36,958 nucleotides of DNA. It comes from a virus. The notes beneath the pieces are model-generated. The model made no database searches. It saw nothing but the letters and a program-made list of their open reading frames with translations, and had not been told where the DNA came from. The stretch lies in the IMG/VR virus record IMGVR_UViG_3300009455_000001; one strand, 5' to 3'. The position numbers and the translations under genes were made by a program. Positions 8,915-18,067 of this stretch are shown here, one piece after another (the stretch's first letter is position 1; each line of letters begins with the position of its first letter).

Positions 8915-10201
8915 CTAGTCTGGGTCATATTCTTTAGTCATAGCTATTTCTACTTGATTGCCGTTTTCATCGTAGGCTAAAATTCCATCCCTTGCCCTGG
9001 TGTTTCCATACCAATTATTCCGTGTTGTGTGATAGGATGGGTTTGCAACCATATATTTTTTCCCATTATAATTTATAACATCACCAGTTTTTACATTTTT
9101 AGCGTATCCAGTATTAATTATCGTAACTGCTGGCATAGACTTAATCAAATCAGGTCTTGTGCTGTTCAATATCTTCCAGCTTGACGCATCGAAACCCTTT
9201 CCAGCCTGCGCCAATTGCTCTACTTGTTTATTAGTTTCGTTTTGTATGTTCTGAGCCCGATTGCCCTCGTTTACCGGATTAATTGCTGCCTCGTCTATCC
9301 GCCCAAGCCGATCTCTAGTTAATTTCGCTATTCTTGCATTATAATTCTCTATAGTCTCCCCTTGTCGTCGCGGAGTTATGTTGACAATCTCTTGCCATTG
9401 CGAAGCGAAAGACTGTTCGGCTGGGGTTGCGCCCCTGTAAGGCGCAGCTATCGCCCCTGTTGCGTCGAAGATTCCTGACGCGGTAGTAATGTCTTTACCT
9501 TGAGCTAAAAGAAGACGTAACTTATTCTGTATATTTGGTGGTTGTTGCGCTATAAAATCTCTCATATCTTGCTGTTTGTTTGTGTATGTTTTGTCATTTC
9601 TTGAATATTCGAGTGCGTCCGCAGCTTCTTCGTGTCCTCTCTCTCCTGTTGCTCGGCTATACATCTGATCGCCTATTCCTTGTGCTCGATTCATCGCATC
9701 AGTATAGTAGTTTCTCTGCATCTGTCGTACAGCGTTTGTGTCTTGCATATTCTGAGTTTCTGCGCCCGAAACAGCCATTTCAATAGCTCTATTGTACTCT
9801 GGGGTTCCTGGTTTAAATCCTGCTGCTGCTGCTGCTGCTTCGCCTGCCTGTTGACCTCTTGAAGTTCTAAGTGCAGTATCTCGTCCAGTTCTCTGCATCG
9901 CGGCTTCTACATCTGCAAACTTACCAGTTTTCAACCCTTGAATTGTTTGATTTTGATAAATGCTCTCCGCTTTGTTGAATGGGCCACGATCAAAGTCTTT
10001 CAAATTGTATCGTTTTACCCTTGGGTCTGGTGCTGGATCAAGATTTCGTACTTGTCCTGCAACAATATCGTCTTGAGCTTTTGCAGCTGCAATTCGTTCT
10101 TTCTCAAGTTCTTGAGGCGTTTTGACTGGAGCGGTGCCCCTTACTGTGTTCGATAATGCGTCTCCTACGGCTCTCGCTACTCGACTATACCATTTTGCCA
10201 T
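8915..10201 (-). CDS. Hypothetical virion protein (about 428 aa)
   Basis: ORF 8915-10213 (GTG); ATG at 10201 has a GGGGG RBS 5 nt upstream; late-operon position. Confidence 0.5.
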   Translation of the reverse strand: MAKWYSRVARAVGDALSNTVRGTAPVKTPQELEKERIAAAKAQDDIVAGQVRNLDPAPDPRVKRYNLKDFDRGPFNKAESIYQNQTIQGLKTGKFADVEAAMQRTGRDTALRTSRGQQAGEAAAAAAGFKPGTPEYNRAIEMAVSGAETQNMQDTNAVRQMQRNYYTDAMNRAQGIGDQMYSRATGERGHEEAADALEYSRNDKTYTNKQQDMRDFIAQQPPNIQNKLRLLLAQGKDITTASGIFDATGAIAAPYRGATPAEQSFASQWQEIVNITPRRQGETIENYNARIAKLTRDRLGRIDEAAINPVNEGNRAQNIQNETNKQVEQLAQAGKGFDASSWKILNSTRPDLIKSMPAVTIINTGYAKNVKTGDVINYNGKKYMVANPSYHTTRNNWYGNTRARDGILAYDENGNQVEIAMTKEYDPD

Positions 10202-10694
10202 TATTGCCCCCACTTTTTGCTATGCGTTGTTGCAAATCTCTTACCAGGCTGTAAAGCGCGGTGATTTGTTTACTTAAATCTGTTATGCTACCCTTTATTA
10301 TTCCAGCTAAACCGCTACCGCTTACAATAGTTGCGACTGAGGCTGTAAGTGTGTAAATTTCCGTTAAATTTAACTCAATATCGTTCCTAAAGTTTACCCT
10401 TGTGACTCCCGTAACTAAATCATTTACGGGGGCGACTGTCCCGATAAGGAATTCAGCGTAGCAAATAAACGTATAACTGCCATCGTTCCAAGCTGTTCTA
10501 TTCTCGGTGCCCTCGTACAAACCTTTTAGAGTTGTATTCTCTGTTAGTATTTGTGCTGCTTGCGTTGCTGTCAAGCTATTTTCAAAGGCTCCGTCTGAGG
10601 CTCTAAGTAAAGCTCCATCAGAATCTCTTCGCACAATACAGTACACAGTCTGGCCAGTGGCTGTAGTTGTAGTGAATTGTTTCGTTGTAGCCAT
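10185..10694 (-). CDS. Hypothetical virion protein with C-terminal coiled coil (fibre-like)
   Basis: 169-aa ORF; Thr-rich beta N-terminal half, LSKQITALYSLVRDLQQRIAK helix at the C-terminus. Confidence 0.4.
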   Translation of the reverse strand: MATTKQFTTTTATGQTVYCIVRRDSDGALLRASDGAFENSLTATQAAQILTENTTLKGLYEGTENRTAWNDGSYTFICYAEFLIGTVAPVNDLVTGVTRVNFRNDIELNLTEIYTLTASVATIVSGSGLAGIIKGSITDLSKQITALYSLVRDLQQRIAKSGGNNGKMV

Positions 10695-10695
10695 G

Positions 10696-11262
10696 TTATT
10701 TTAATATAAAAATATTGCTTCTGATCCTTGTTGAATCCGTTGCACAATTCCCATTGTGAGTCGCCGTTGCAGGTCTAATTCCGATGCAAATCGAGTCGGC
10801 TTCTGGGAACCAAAGGCCACCAACGGAATATTTCTTGTATGCGGTGTTGTGATTTAAAACAGTAAACCCCGTATCTAGGCTGTTATTTAACCCCGAACCA
10901 AATCTGGAAACTGAGTCACTCCCGATATACTTCACTCGAAACTTTACATCGAATAAACTTGAGTCTGCTTTGCTACCAAAAAATTCGGAAACAAATGTCG
11001 ATATTTGTATAGGTTGTTGCCCGCCATCTTTTCGCATCGGGAAACACGCCCAACCAGAATTAGACTTGACCCATGTCGCAGGTGACGTTAGCGTGCTAAC
11101 GCCACTATCTACATAAGTTGATTCAGCACAAACTTTCCACCAAAACCCGCCTTTTTCATTTTTCACCTGGTAATGGCGCGCAATTGTTCCGTTAACGTCC
11201 ATGCTGGGCGAGGCGATTAATTCTCCCAAGCCGATAGCTAAAAGAATAAGTATCTTTTTCAT
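10696..11262 (-). CDS. Secreted protein (cleavable-type signal peptide)
   Basis: 188 aa; MKKILILLAIGLGELIASP signal sequence; GGAGAAAAAACATG RBS. Confidence 0.5.
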   Translation of the reverse strand: MKKILILLAIGLGELIASPSMDVNGTIARHYQVKNEKGGFWWKVCAESTYVDSGVSTLTSPATWVKSNSGWACFPMRKDGGQQPIQISTFVSEFFGSKADSSLFDVKFRVKYIGSDSVSRFGSGLNNSLDTGFTVLNHNTAYKKYSVGGLWFPEADSICIGIRPATATHNGNCATDSTRIRSNIFILK

Positions 11263-11272
11263 GTTTTTTCTC

Positions 11273-11518
11273 CTATGTTATAAGTTTAATTACAATACTG
11301 ATTGCAATGGTCTGGAAAATTGCACCGAACGCCATAATTATAGCAAGTCTCTTCTCTACATCGTGAATTTTTGTTTGTAAATCCTCGAATTTCTGCCAGA
11401 TTTTTTCCATTGAATGCTCCAATCCTTTGATTTTGATTTTTTCTTCTCCAAATTCTACCGCAAGGTGTTGAACTTGTTTAATTATTTCGTCTGTTTTTGT
11501 CCATTCGCTTGGAGACAT
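11273..11518 (-). CDS. Tail-anchored coiled-coil membrane protein
   Basis: 81 aa; helical charged N-terminal part and C-terminal TM LAIIMAFGAIFQTIAISIVIKLI. Confidence 0.45.
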   Translation of the reverse strand: MSPSEWTKTDEIIKQVQHLAVEFGEEKIKIKGLEHSMEKIWQKFEDLQTKIHDVEKRLAIIMAFGAIFQTIAISIVIKLIT

Positions 11519-12220
11519 TCAAGCCAATCCTTTCATTATGTTGTGGAACTGTTGAGCGCCAACCAAAGCGCGCTCTTCTTTTAAAATTCTATTATGAGAA
11601 ATTTTAGCAGTTGAGGGTACGGCTACACTATGCTCAGTAGGGATTTCACCTTGACAGGGGGAACCATTTAAATTCTTATGAATAATATACCAATCGTCTA
11701 TTCGCATTTCGCTAGTTAGAAGATATCCAGTACGTACAGTTATTCGTTTTGCTAGCGAAGCCGCAGGATGTGGAGCTAAATATACTGTCTTGATTAAACT
11801 TCCATTATATTTGATATAGATTTCTGTTTCATCGTTATTTGAGCTAATTGATATTGTAAACGGGTTGGTAAGAGTAACATGGCCTGACCCATACAGACCG
11901 AAATCAACATCCCCATTAGACCATACATCTATGTATACTGACTGAGAGTAATACGGTGTTCCATCCGCCATTAACGTCATAAAAACTGAGCCAGTTTCCA
12001 GATTATAGGTGGAAACCGTAACAGATGTTTCGAAAGGACCAGTTATTAGCTCCGATGGATTGTCAACAAAGGCTACAGCGTTGTTAAAACCGTATCCACT
12101 TTTAGCCCTTAATTGACCGTTGTTAATCTCTGAGGTTGGTTCAAGTACATATCCAGAAACTGAATCAAAGGAAGTTTTGAAATACTTACTACCCAACGGG
12201 CAAAACGGAGGATTGCTCAT
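11519..12220 (-). CDS. LamG/ConA-like lectin-fold tail-associated protein, paralog 1 (conserved termini, variable core)
   Basis: 233 aa; N-terminus MSNPPFCPLG and C-terminus SPCQGEIPTEHSVAVPSTAKISHNRILKE shared with ORF 14841-15521; core ends with a LamG-like ...RIDDWYII. Confidence 0.55.
   Translation of the reverse strand: MSNPPFCPLGSKYFKTSFDSVSGYVLEPTSEINNGQLRAKSGYGFNNAVAFVDNPSELITGPFETSVTVSTYNLETGSVFMTLMADGTPYYSQSVYIDVWSNGDVDFGLYGSGHVTLTNPFTISISSNNDETEIYIKYNGSLIKTVYLAPHPAASLAKRITVRTGYLLTSEMRIDDWYIIHKNLNGSPCQGEIPTEHSVAVPSTAKISHNRILKEERALVGAQQFHNIMKGLA
11577..11667. repeat. 91-nt direct repeat (about 88 percent identity) with 14899-14989; encodes the shared C-terminal tail of the two paralogs
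   Basis: tcttttaaaattctattatgagaaattttagcagttgagg... aligned by eye, about 11 mismatches, no gaps. Confidence 0.85.
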
Positions 12221-14862
12221 GCTAAAACTCCGCTTTGCGTTATAATTTGGCTCGTGCTCCCAGTTTTTAGTCCTGCAAAAAACTGTCCATTCAATCCGCC
12301 ATTGCTTAAGCAGAATTGAATTGTGTATGGTGTTGTACTCACCGTAATGATACCAGCGGTTGTGTAAAATTTCTTATTTATTACTACAGCAGAGGAAGAA
12401 TTATGAGTGTAAACATCAAACTCTAGACTTCCATCGGTATTTATTTTAAAACGCAAAAGATTCGAACCGTCTCCGCTTTCATCAATAATTATCGCAGAGG
12501 CAAGTGTGGTTACATAAACTTCAGATTCATACGTCATCGCATCGCTAAGATATCCGTCAGCCTGCAATAAATCTAAACCACTCCAATCGCTATCACCATA
12601 ATAACTACTTGTACCACCAATTATCGACTGTCCTCCGCCTGGCGCAAGTGCCGAATCGTACGCGTGTGAGCCCGCAGGGCTTCCGGCTACCCATGAGTGA
12701 TGCCTAGAACGCCCACTTATATCGTAGGCTATATCCCCTGCGGATTCATCGAAAGGAAGGTGCAAAATAACTTGATTCCCCCAGTTTGGAACGCTTGTAT
12801 GAAAAACCGTGTATTGGAATGGGTCAAAGTTAGGGAAATTAGCCGTATCAATAATTGCGACTAAAGTCACAGTTTGAATTGTAAAAGGGGCTTTCGTGTA
12901 GAGTCTAAAATGTAGGTAATTCGCCAATGGTCTTGGTGGTTCTATATAAAGGTTGTACTCCATCTGTCTTAGTGCAGTACTTGTGTAAGTATTCGGATCA
13001 AGTATAAAATTTATTTGCGTTGCGCTTACTCCGCCAGGCCATGGAAGCCCATTCACGTAAGGCGTTCCAACTAACGCATCGGTTAAATCTGCGGTAATTG
13101 ACAACCTCTCAAAATCTAAAATCCCTCGCCCATTATTTACGCTAAATTGGTGAGTGTAAATATCTCCGTAAATATCATCAGTAGTGTCGTCTGCTGTGTT
13201 TCTGTCTGTACTTACTGTTGCATCGTCTATTTGCACCATGTAAGTATTTCGGCTTATCACAAGACCCTTGCTACCGTTATTATAAGTTAAAGCGACTTCC
13301 GCTCTGCTATTCATTGGGTAGTCGTATCGGCTCCAACCTCTTTCGTTTTCTACGTGTAGAACGTAAAAAGTCCCAGTTCCTAGTGAAAGCCAAAGTTTGC
13401 CGTTTAGATAAAAAATAGATACTACCGAAAGCGTTGCAGTCTGTGTGACTGTTCGAATTGTCCTGCTCACCTCTACGCTCGAAACGTTTGTCCACGATTG
13501 ATTATAACCAAATATTTTAAAGTCGCCTTGGTCGTTTGTGATGGCGCAAATTCCGATTCCTGGAATGTATTGAGCTGCCCGAATATGGGTTACGCCGATT
13601 TTATGATCTCTCACATCAAATTCAATTTCAGGGTTACCATCAGTCAAAACGCAAGTCTTAGCTTCTTTTAATGCGACTAGATCCTTTTCAAACGAGATTA
13701 ATTTAATTGTTTGTTGTCCATCTCCTGAATCTACGTCTCTATATTGATAAATATCATATTGGCCTGCGTATGGTGTCCCTGCATAATTAGAGTAATAAAT
13801 TCGGCTCTGAGTCGCATCGTTTGATACGCCTCCAAACCATACTCTTTCTTTATGGTATGTTCCTATTCTAGCAGGTTTATCGCTTATTGGGGAAAGCTCT
13901 ATTTTGTCAATGGTGTAAAGTGGATACCAAGCTCCAGCCGTTGCGTTTGGTAATTCATCGTCCGTTAAGTTGTCCGTAAAGGTGTATGCTGCTGAAATGA
14001 AAGCAGCTTTAGCAATCAATTGACAAGGATAAAGTTCTGTTTCTAAACCTACCACGTCCAAGAATTGGCTCCCGCTTGTGTTTGCATCAAGCCTCTTTGA
14101 ACGATAAAGTCTAATATGAGTCCAAAGCGTGTCGCTGGTTAAAACTGTTGAATCAACAACTATACTACCCTGTTGTCCTGTGAATGTAGTTTTCAATACT
14201 TTCCCAACTGAATTTTTACGGTTAGGACTAGATGCAGCCGAATCAAAAGTATCTACTCCTTGACGATATACAAGCTCTATACCGTAGGTATAAATTCCAG
14301 TAAGATTTCCGCTCCCTGTCCCCGATACGCTGGTTAAAATCGGCAATGGTAATCCCATCTGAGTTTTAACAAATGCGCTGGTACCGTCCCATTCAAATTG
14401 AAAGTTTTGTTGTGAACAGAATCCGAATAATCTATTTCCACTAATAAACCAGTCTACATTCGCTGTCTGGCTAGCAATGGTAAATTGAGTCGTTCCCCCT
14501 TTTATATAAAGTTGTTGCGGGTCTTGCGCCGAGTCTATTTTCCAGTACCAGAATTTGCTTGTTGCGCCATTTAGTGTCTGTACTATCACATATTCGCTCG
14601 TTCCGACATCCCATTGAATAGAGCTTAAAACTGCTTCGTCGGCTAGCTTTCTTGTGAGTCCGTTAATATTTTCGCTACCTCGTCTGCTTTTTAAAAACTT
14701 AGGGAATATATCAATATTGATTGCTCCTCGCATTTCGCCAGAGTTAAGCAGAGCGTGAGGGTCGTAAAGGTTTAAACCAGTCCATTCGGTGATCCCCAAA
14801 TATTCTGTTTCTCTCTTTATTTTCCCTTCTCGTTCCGCTCTCATGTTGCGTTTTTCATCCAA
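12217..14862 (-). CDS. Large tail protein (nozzle / tail tubular B-like) with C-terminal LamG (laminin-G_3) domain
   Basis: 881-aa beta-rich ORF after an adaptor-sized gene. C-terminal LHLPFDESAGDIAYDISGRSRHH...GGGQS resembles the LamG_3 signature. ATG 14844 forms an ATGA overlap with the upstream stop and may be the true start. Confidence 0.5.
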   Translation of the reverse strand: MDEKRNMRAEREGKIKRETEYLGITEWTGLNLYDPHALLNSGEMRGAINIDIFPKFLKSRRGSENINGLTRKLADEAVLSSIQWDVGTSEYVIVQTLNGATSKFWYWKIDSAQDPQQLYIKGGTTQFTIASQTANVDWFISGNRLFGFCSQQNFQFEWDGTSAFVKTQMGLPLPILTSVSGTGSGNLTGIYTYGIELVYRQGVDTFDSAASSPNRKNSVGKVLKTTFTGQQGSIVVDSTVLTSDTLWTHIRLYRSKRLDANTSGSQFLDVVGLETELYPCQLIAKAAFISAAYTFTDNLTDDELPNATAGAWYPLYTIDKIELSPISDKPARIGTYHKERVWFGGVSNDATQSRIYYSNYAGTPYAGQYDIYQYRDVDSGDGQQTIKLISFEKDLVALKEAKTCVLTDGNPEIEFDVRDHKIGVTHIRAAQYIPGIGICAITNDQGDFKIFGYNQSWTNVSSVEVSRTIRTVTQTATLSVVSIFYLNGKLWLSLGTGTFYVLHVENERGWSRYDYPMNSRAEVALTYNNGSKGLVISRNTYMVQIDDATVSTDRNTADDTTDDIYGDIYTHQFSVNNGRGILDFERLSITADLTDALVGTPYVNGLPWPGGVSATQINFILDPNTYTSTALRQMEYNLYIEPPRPLANYLHFRLYTKAPFTIQTVTLVAIIDTANFPNFDPFQYTVFHTSVPNWGNQVILHLPFDESAGDIAYDISGRSRHHSWVAGSPAGSHAYDSALAPGGGQSIIGGTSSYYGDSDWSGLDLLQADGYLSDAMTYESEVYVTTLASAIIIDESGDGSNLLRFKINTDGSLEFDVYTHNSSSAVVINKKFYTTAGIITVSTTPYTIQFCLSNGGLNGQFFAGLKTGSTSQIITQSGVLA

Positions 14863-15521
14863 TCATGGAAGCGTTGAGCTTCTGTTCCAGTTCTGTGCTC
14901 TTTTAAAATTCTATTATGAGAAATTTTAGCAGTTGAGGATACGGCTACACGATGGCTAGATGGAATCTCTCCTTGACAGGGAGAACCATACGCCCCCCAA
15001 TTTGAACCTACGAACACGATATTGGTTAGCGTTGAACCAAAGTGTGGTCGTATCGTAAAATCTTCGTGATACCCACCATATGGTATAGGATTTAGCGAAT
15101 GAACATAAGATATTCGTCCTAATAACGGAGAGTCCATTATCAATGTTGTGTAAATTCCGTTGTATTCTGCGGAGCAGAATGCTGATTGACTGGAATCAAC
15201 GCTACCATTTCCCCATAAATTATTCCCTACTGGTGGAGGCCACCCGCCAGCTTCTATGCCCATTAGATTTGCAGGGTTATTTCCAGTTGTTCGTATAAAA
15301 CGGAAAAACGGCCCCGCTTGGTTGCTAAATGAATGTGCTAATGGTGATACTAGGTAGGCTCGGGTATCCACATAGGCTATATTAAAATAAAACAAATAAG
15401 GGTTATCCCCGTTCGCCGTAGCATTTGGAACCAAACTAGCAGAACCAAGCGCATTTACATATAATGGCCCTGGATTATAATAAAATCTACGTCCCAACTG
15501 GCAAAACGGAGGATTGCTCAT
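14841..15521 (-). CDS. Beta-sandwich tail-associated protein, paralog 2 of 11519-12220
   Basis: ORF runs to 15593, but ATG 15521 (MSNPPFCQLG) makes an ATGA overlap with the upstream stop and matches the paralog N-terminus. C-terminus is SPCQGEIPSSHRVAVSSTAKISHNRILKE. Confidence 0.55.
   Translation of the reverse strand: MSNPPFCQLGRRFYYNPGPLYVNALGSASLVPNATANGDNPYLFYFNIAYVDTRAYLVSPLAHSFSNQAGPFFRFIRTTGNNPANLMGIEAGGWPPPVGNNLWGNGSVDSSQSAFCSAEYNGIYTTLIMDSPLLGRISYVHSLNPIPYGGYHEDFTIRPHFGSTLTNIVFVGSNWGAYGSPCQGEIPSSHRVAVSSTAKISHNRILKEHRTGTEAQRFHDWMKNAT
14899..14989. repeat. 91-nt direct repeat partner of 11577-11667
   Basis: See 11577-11667. A second 29-nt repeat (12192-12220 vs 15493-15521, 1 mismatch) covers the shared 5' ends. 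Confidence 0.85.
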
Positions 15522-16165
15522 GGCAGATTCCCTTCGCTTATCCCATTTCCACCTTGCCCAATTAAAAGGGTATTTTCTGCCATGTCTGACCAAAAATCTC
15601 TAAAGAATGGTTCTATTTCATTTGCCGAAAAAGGCTCTTGGTAAGTCTCGAAGTCGCAAATCCTGCAAGTTGCATTTATTAGACTTAAATGATATTGCTC
15701 AGGAATAATCAAATTTGCGTTGTCTGTTACTCCAGTTAGATCATTTGGGTTTCGGTAATAAATCCATCTCCATTTATTTGCTTCGGTCCCTGGGTCTTCG
15801 ATAAAAGTGAACGTTTGCCCAAAAACATCGATTCGTCCAGGCGCGTTCTCCGTTCTCTGATCCGCCCAATCTCTGTTCATTCCGTAATCGTAGTCTGGGT
15901 CAATGGTAACAGGATTGGTACCAAATATTTCTTCATCGGTAAGTTGCGTCACTCCAATAAGTTTTCGTACTGGTGTTGCTAAAGTTGCAAAAGAATAGGA
16001 AAGCGTAGAAGTTGTCGTGCTTAGCGCAGCGTACAGCTTAAACGCTTCCAAGTCTTTTTTGAAAGCCCATTTCTGGGCAATATTCAAAAAGGTTAGAATA
16101 TCTGACTTGCTGACTCGGTTTTTCTGAATCTGAAATACTTTGTCAATAATATTAGAAGTATTCAT
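15518..16165 (-). CDS. Putative head-to-tail adaptor (tail tubular A-like) protein
   Basis: 215 aa; size and position between capsid genes and the large tail gene; no motif recognised. Confidence 0.35.
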   Translation of the reverse strand: MNTSNIIDKVFQIQKNRVSKSDILTFLNIAQKWAFKKDLEAFKLYAALSTTTSTLSYSFATLATPVRKLIGVTQLTDEEIFGTNPVTIDPDYDYGMNRDWADQRTENAPGRIDVFGQTFTFIEDPGTEANKWRWIYYRNPNDLTGVTDNANLIIPEQYHLSLINATCRICDFETYQEPFSANEIEPFFRDFWSDMAENTLLIGQGGNGISEGNLP

Positions 16166-16166
16166 T

Positions 16167-16463
16167 CTAACCTTTCAATTCTAACCCTGAGTCTGGTTCA
16201 ACTATCAGAAAACTTCCTTCATTAAGATAACTTTTGCAAATATCAAGATTTCTCTGTGTGTAAAGAATCTCGTATTTCATAAAGTCCCCGTCACGTTCTC
16301 CGCTTACTGATAGAGCTGCTTGGTTTACATTATTCTTGATATCAAGGCAGTCCATACCGTGCATAACGGGGTTGGTTTTAACCTTGAAAAAGAAAAGAAT
16401 GCTACGCCAAACCTTATGCTGGAATGAGGGCAATTTCTCACCCCCTTTCTGAACCTTAGCCAT
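16167..16463 (-). CDS. Hypothetical protein
   Basis: 98-aa ORF tightly packed in the late operon. Confidence 0.45.
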   Translation of the reverse strand: MAKVQKGGEKLPSFQHKVWRSILFFFKVKTNPVMHGMDCLDIKNNVNQAALSVSGERDGDFMKYEILYTQRNLDICKSYLNEGSFLIVEPDSGLELKG

Positions 16464-16765
16464 TAGTTAAATTCCCCTTCGACATCGGCATAGACCGTTA
16501 TCGAAGCATCACCCGAACCACTAGCGTGCGAGCGAAATCCCACCACCACTTGAGTTGCGGTAACTGAGGAAATGCCCTTAGAAAGAACCATTCCATAGCT
16601 AGAATCTGTTCCAACTTGTTTAACCTTTGGGGTGCTACGATAAGCCCTTGCAAACGTAATAGTTGCAAGGTGAGTCGTATTGGCGACCGATGTTAAAGCA
16701 AGAGTACCATCGTGCCGCTCTTCAACGCCTCTAGTTTTAACGTCTAATAATGTTGTGGTTGGCAT
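16463..16765 (-). CDS. Hypothetical small beta-rich virion protein (possible capsid decoration)
   Basis: 100-aa ORF immediately downstream of the capsid gene; AGGAG RBS. Confidence 0.4.
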   Translation of the reverse strand: MPTTTLLDVKTRGVEERHDGTLALTSVANTTHLATITFARAYRSTPKVKQVGTDSSYGMVLSKGISSVTATQVVVGFRSHASGSGDASITVYADVEGEFN

Positions 16766-16780
16766 TTTATTACTCCTTTC

Positions 16781-18052
16781 TTACCCTAAGTAAGAGGTTG
16801 AAGGTGTTGCGGTTAAGTACAGAAATGAAGTTTCATTAGTAGGAATAGTGGAATCTGTGCTGGCTCGAAAATCAGGACGTTGAACGCCCAATTTGGCCAT
16901 AATCGCCATATCCTTGGTGAAATCATAATCTGTACTGGTCTTTTTCATGATCTTAGGCAACATAGGAAAAGCGTTAACTAAAGCCTTATCGCCTAAAAGT
17001 TGCGCTACCTCACAAGTTCCTGTAGCCGCTCCTGCTCCATGTCCAACACGAGTCGGGTCTGCATTTACGCCGTAATCTGGTTGGAAGTAATCGAAACGAC
17101 TTCCAGCGGTTAAGCTATGATCGTAAACTGGAGCATATTGGTCAACAACAACCAAAACGCCTCCCCAACATCCGATAATTCCAGTTAATGCACGATTTTC
17201 CATGCCTCGGTCATCGCCTTGACGAGCACGATCAACCATTCCTGTAATGGCGGTTGAATCTTGCCCAATCTGGTAAGCTTGAATCGGCGAAACCATTAAA
17301 ATCCAGTTTACTTCCTGGCCTTTATAGTTCCACTTTAAAGGACGAATTCTACGGCTGGCGATGTGCGAAACCTCAAAAACCTTAGCGATGGTCATTCCCG
17401 ATGTTGCGGAAAGCGCGCCAGCTGCGGTATTGATGTTTCCGTCATAAGTAGCCGTGGTGTTGTTCCAAGTCACGAAATCCGTGTTTCCAGTAACTAACAC
17501 TCTTGGATGTATAGCCTTTGCTACAGGAGCGCTAGTGAAAGTTGAACCAGTCCAAAATGAAGACTCGGTCAACAAATCGTTTGCGCCTTCGCAAATTGCT
17601 CTGTGGGCTGCGAAATCGAAGTATTTTCCAAAATAAGTGTACAAAGCATCGCTGGCTTTCGCCGCTAAGTCCCAATATTCTTGTGCATCGCCATCAACGG
17701 ATTCGTCGGAAACTGGCGTTGATTTCCGGAAAACGTTGTAGTATGCCGTAAAAGGCTTGAGACTTCTCTCTTCCTCGTGACCTTCTTCTTTTTGCAGACC
17801 ACCACGATAACTGCTCTTGAGTTCATCGAACCATGGAATGGTAACTGAGGTTTTTCCCGTTTCCAAGGAATCGCCAACTGTCATCATACACGCCGATGGG
17901 ACTTTTTTGAAATCCTTTGGATTCGCCGGTGTGGTGGTTGTGTCCGTGTAGGTTGAGAGATTAAAATAATTTGATTCTTTAACCAATTTATTAATCCCTT
18001 TTTGTTTCCAAGCCTTAACTCGGAGTTCGGTCGATAACGCTGATGCGCCCAT
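16781..18052 (-). CDS. Major capsid protein (HK97-fold type)
   Basis: 423 aa; canonical position after portal and scaffold; size and composition typical of podovirus coat proteins. Confidence 0.7.
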   Translation of the reverse strand: MGASALSTELRVKAWKQKGINKLVKESNYFNLSTYTDTTTTPANPKDFKKVPSACMMTVGDSLETGKTSVTIPWFDELKSSYRGGLQKEEGHEEERSLKPFTAYYNVFRKSTPVSDESVDGDAQEYWDLAAKASDALYTYFGKYFDFAAHRAICEGANDLLTESSFWTGSTFTSAPVAKAIHPRVLVTGNTDFVTWNNTTATYDGNINTAAGALSATSGMTIAKVFEVSHIASRRIRPLKWNYKGQEVNWILMVSPIQAYQIGQDSTAITGMVDRARQGDDRGMENRALTGIIGCWGGVLVVVDQYAPVYDHSLTAGSRFDYFQPDYGVNADPTRVGHGAGAATGTCEVAQLLGDKALVNAFPMLPKIMKKTSTDYDFTKDMAIMAKLGVQRPDFRASTDSTIPTNETSFLYLTATPSTSYLG

Positions 18053-18067
18053 TGTTTAACCTTTCTG

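Noticed and set aside
11577-14989. Template/variable repeat pair of a diversity-generating retroelement
   Set aside because: No reverse transcriptase gene exists anywhere in the genome. The ~11 mismatches between the 91-nt repeats are a mix of transitions and transversions, not adenine-specific.
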